A DNA stretch of 64,000 bases from Macrostomum hystrix (lineage: Eukaryota > Animalia > Platyhelminthes): assembly GCA_950097015.1 (NCBI GenBank), contig CATNEN010000037.1:558001-622000 (forward strand). The letters run 5' to 3'. Position numbers and translations under genes: made by a program. The notes under the pieces were generated by a model that worked only from the letters and a program-made list of their open reading frames with translations, had not been told where the DNA came from and made no database searches. Of this stretch, positions 59,636 to 64,000 are shown one piece after another. Positions within the stretch are counted from its first letter, which is position 1. The number at the start of each line of letters is the position of its first letter.

Positions 59636-62502
59636 TAAATCCCTTCCACTATCCCCAGTACCCCTTGTTATCTCTACCATTCAGCAGCACAATCTGAAGG
59701 CCCTACCTATAGTCACTGCTGGATATATGAAAATATTCAATTCAACAATGTCGGACAAGTGGTGCTCCGCTCTACCGCCCTTGGCTAAGGCAAATAAAAA
59801 TATTAAAAACCTAAAATAATACGCCAAGCAGCTGCGGGTCCCTCCAATCCAATCTGCGTTTCGAATCGCCTTCCATTCGCTGATTGTCAAGTGATTAAAA
59901 GGCGGCAAGAGGAGTTGGAAAACTTTGTCATGGTCGTCCAGCGTCATGTGGCGCAGCAGCAGCAGCCGCAGCAGCAGCTGCATTACCTATCCGTGCCAGC
60001 ATCCTAAGCTATTGTTTGTCTTGACTTCCACGTTCGCTTAAATTCGATCGTGACGGAACGCCGGTTTTTTACGGGGTCCGGCGATGTCAGGATTAAGAAA
60101 AAGTCTTTGTAAAAAATACATCGTTCGATTCAATATAGCTCTCTTGCGCGGCTATGCACAACAAGAAAAACATCCGCCTGTCCTCAAATCGAGATTTAGC
60201 CGCGTGTATATAGTTCTGCTTTGAAGAAAAAGAAGGCTTGACTTCTTTTCATTTATTGTCTTTTAATTTTTTCCGCTAGTGCTTGTCAGATGCAATCGTG
60301 ACGGGAAGGATCGGGGCGCGGACCTATAAAGCATGCATGCGAAAGGGTGCATGCGTTGGCTTTTAGTTGAAAAATTTTCTGTCTGCCTGGAATAGTGGAT
60401 ATAGTAAGGTGAAATGAAGATACCTGAAGAGGTTTCTTCCCATTTATTTCTTCGTTCTCGTTCCCAGATGAAGGAAATAGTTTGGCTTGAAGAAGAGCAG
60501 CAATAATGAGGAGTAGAAACAGGATGGGAAACAAGTATTGGATGGGATGGGTAGAGAGAGACAGAACTAGAGAAGAGAGTACGAGGTGAGGTCGGTGGAA
60601 ATTGGGATTCCGTGACAGCTGGTCGAGTAGGCGGGGCTGAGTGGCCACTAGGCCCTGATAATCGTGCTTACAGGACTTGGAGAAAAAGTAGAGGCGAAAG
60701 TGGAAATCACATTGGGAGGATGGACGGAGTGGCCAGGGCGAGGTAGGAATCCAATCAACCGTTTATCGACTCCTGTATTACTAGCTAGCCACTCTATAGT
60801 GGGCCTAGGCAGGACTCGGTTAGAGACACAGACGATAGAGGAGGTGAGTGCGAGAGTGGGGCAGTCAAGTGCCGCTAGCACGGACTCCTGCTTCTAATCT
60901 GGGACTGAAGTGACGAAATAAAAACTTCCACACGACCCTAATACACCCTCGATTTCCTTCGATTTCCTTCCTCATCTCCTGGCGTGCCTTGGTTCGTACG
61001 ATGGCTGGCCAAATGGATTAAAACATCACGCAAATGGCTGAAGTCCTGTCCTGTGCTCGCATCGGTCCAGTTCGAATTCCAATAATAAAAGAGATTGAAT
61101 AAGAAGAGGAAGATAGACAGAGACAGCAGCGTGATTGACTGTGGCCCATCTGAACTAGTGAAGTTGCGTGCGAAGCGGTTGACCGTTCTATCATTGACGC
61201 AAAGGAGACTAAAAATAAAGAAATAAATCCAAGACAAATAGGCTATCATGACTCGAGAGAATGGTGATTTGAGAGCATCAACTATTTAGCCGGTTAATGC
61301 GCTTGTGTGTGTGTGTGTGCGTTTTGTTGTTTCCTGTCCTCTAGCGCCTCAGGCTAGCCGGAGTGTCCAGTTGCAGCTCGCTTTGATCGGTCAGAAGGTA
61401 GGGGAAATAGAAAGAAAAAGAAAAGAAGGAGGGAAGAAAAGTGATTCCAGTGCGTGCGCGTGTGTGTCACGGGACAAAGGCGATTGAGTTGAGGGCCATA
61501 GGTCCGCGCGGGGTTCTCAGGTTTACACCGCTACCCTTCCTACTCAACTCAATCAATGACTGTGAGTTCTCGCAGTCGACAATATTTATCCATATGTGTT
61601 TTAGTGCTGTATTAGGCGGGGCAATGATTTTGTGGCTATGATTCTATTATATATATATATTTGCACGCAGGGTGAAAGCCAATCCCACATGTTTTTAGTG
61701 GCAATTAGAGTGTCCATTCCACTCGCTTGATTTGCCACACGAAAATTGTGAATTGCTTGTGTGTTGCAGCAATGTGTGTGGGGTGAACGGTTAGGTTTTT
61801 TTTGAAATGCCACCGCACTAGAGAGAGAGAGGGCCTTTCTCTAGCACGGATTAAGTGTGATGACGGTGATGATGAAACTGGCTCCACCCCTGTCTCTAGT
61901 CATTAAAGGCCAGATTAGATTTCAAGGATTTGTAAGCCGGGAGTCGGAAGTTAATACCCCACCTAACCATTCCCATGCTAATGAGGAAAATTTGGGATTT
62001 CGGCAAGAATTTTAAGCTCTAAGATTAGTTTTGGCCCCAGAATCTCACACGATCTATAAGTGGGGCGAGCCAGCACAGACACTGCACAGGTGCTACAAAA
62101 GCTTTACCGTAAATTAGTTGTTCTCATGACTATGAGATTATCATGAGACTATGGGAGCTTATCCCAGTCAGCTTATCCCATGCCTAGACCCGGAGCAGAT
62201 TAAGCCCTTTTGCGCTAGTCTTTCTCATCTTTATCATATTTTAATTTTCGTCTACAAAAGAATTTCAATATCTTGTCACCTGACTATATTAGTATTTGAG
62301 CACACGCGAAGTCCAGAAATTAGAGCAGAAAAATTGTGCAACAATCTAAAAAACTGACAACTGGCAGCACAGCAAATTCCACTCAATACAGCCAGAACAC
62401 GCAAATCTTGTATTTAAACAAAAAATACAATTTCTTTGAGCCATTGGACCACGAGATAATATATAGTTTCTGCGACAAATTCTTGACTGGAAAATAACAG
62501 TA

Positions 62503-63333
62503 CTCTACCCTCATCTGACAGTTGTCTACCCTCATCTGACAGTTGTCTAGCCTCATCTGACAGTTGTCTACCCTCATCTGACAGTTGTCTACCCTCATCT
62601 GACAGTTGTCTAGCCTCATCTGACAGTTGTCTACCCTCATCTGACAGTTGTCTACCCTCATCTTCTGACAGTTCTCTACCCTCATCTGACAGTTCTCTAC
62701 CCTCATCTGACAGTTGTCTACCCTCATCTGACAGTTGTCTACCCTCATCTGACAGTTGTCTACCCTCATCTGACAGTTGTCTACCCTCATCTGACAGTTG
62801 TCTAGCCTCATCTGACAGTTGTCTAGCCTCATCTGACAGTTGTCTACCCTCATCTGACAGTTGTCTACCCTCATCTGACAGTTGTCTACCCTCATCTGAC
62901 AGTTGTCTACCCTCATCTGACAGTTGTCTACCCTCATCTGACAGTTGTATAGCCTCATCTGACAGTTGTCTAGCCTCATCTGACAGTTGTCTACCCTCAT
63001 CTGACAGTTGTCTAGCCTCATCTGACAGTTGTCTACCCTCATCTGACAGTTGTCTACCCTCATCTGACAGTTCTGTACCCTCATCTGACAGTTCTGTACC
63101 CTCATCTGACAGTTCTGTACCCTCATCTGACAGTTCTGTACCCTCATCTGACAGTTCTGTACCCTCATCTGACAGTTGTCTACCCTCATCTGACAGTTGT
63201 CTACCCTCATCTGACAGTTGTCTACCCTCATCTGACAGTTCTGTACCCTCATCTGACAGTTCTGTACCCTCATCTGACAGTTGTCTACCCTCATCTGACA
63301 GTTGTCTACCCTCATCTGACAGTTCTGTACCCT
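62503..63333. repeat. 21-bp minisatellite (ACCCTCATCTGACAGTTGTCT), about 40 copies
   Basis: Visible array; source of the 327-aa RVDNCQM ORF. Confidence 0.96.
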
Positions 63334-64000
63334 AAATCGAAGCAGTCTAAAAATGACAGACTTCAACAGGTTTCAATCTGTAGTTTCAATAGACTGGGTA
63401 GGGATTTTCTTGGGTAGCTTTGGGCTTTGGGCGAAAGTCAAGGCTTTGTAGCGGATTTAAGGAAAAAATCCCAATTCAAATTCCCTAATTTAAATGTATG
63501 CGTGAGCAGCGATGGGTAAAGCTGGGGAGGGGGACGGATTGGGGACTGGGGAGGGTAGCGAAGGAAGTGACCAAAGCACGCCGAGTTGGAACACGAGTGT
63601 GCGACGGAACGGGAGGCTAATAAAATTGACCCAATCAGCTGCGCAATGTCAGAAGCCAAACCGTCATTAATGCCAGCTCAGCCACTCCCGATCACTTTTG
63701 CATCGTCTAAATGAGTCTCCGACGAGAATTTTTGAGCACTGGTCGACGCGTTCTCGCGGCCCTCTCTCCGCCCCGCTGCGGAGTAATTCCTGAGGACGAA
63801 TTGTGGGCGCCGAAAATAGGGGCAATGATGAGGATCTCGCCTTTTCTTCCCCCCTACTCAAAACTTGACCAGCCCGCCTCTATTGCCTATTTTTCTTCCC
63901 TGACCAGCGCGGAGGGCTCAAGGGTCATCCAATTTCCTCGTCATGAGATTATCCCCGAGATCCACAACCTGATGAGGAGTTTGTCCACCTAGAGGGATCA

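Noticed and set aside
59929-60007. Short Q-rich plus-strand peptide (MVVQRHVAQQQQPQQQLHYLSVPAS)
   Set aside because: Only 25 codons, no supported splice partners; likely a CAG-rich microsatellite.
62383-63366. 327-aa RVDNCQM repeat ORF
   Set aside because: The 21-bp unit is a multiple of 3, so the frame stays open; no non-repeat domain. It cannot be fully excluded without RNA data.

Overview
Eukaryotic (metazoan) genomic DNA with small spliced exons and introns packed with private minisatellites. About 23 kb (~36%) of the window is tandem repeat, from roughly 27 unrelated 12-70 bp units. This architecture suggests a free-living flatworm such as Macrostomum lignano (inference only). I rebuilt six protein-coding genes by hand, with reading frames checked across every junction. 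(1) A GRK2/3-type G protein-coupled receptor kinase (minus strand; 5 exons here, 3' end beyond the left edge). (2,3) Two tandem spermine-synthase-like genes (plus, 7 exons each, same intron positions) with patchy near-identity in the catalytic exon. (4) An LRRC74-like LRR plus EF-hand-like gene (plus, 10 exons, RFX X-box upstream). (5) A DPP7/peptidase S28 gene (minus, 10 exons, one GC-AG intron). (6) An ataxin-1-like AXH gene (minus, 2 coding exons, pure CAG10 tract, RKRHRSP motif). Intron 5 of the LRRC74-like gene is a nested structure. A 13-bp satellite whose unit is nearly the Pol III A-box of the tRNA-SINE it abuts is split by a 5.5-kb decayed CMC/EnSpm-type DNA transposon carrying a second, unknown coiled-coil ORF, and a second SINE sits inside the first. 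Intron 6 holds a 5'-truncated mariner. Most long ORFs in the supplied track are read-through artefacts of stop-free tandem repeats. No rRNA, true tRNA or CRISPR array is seen.
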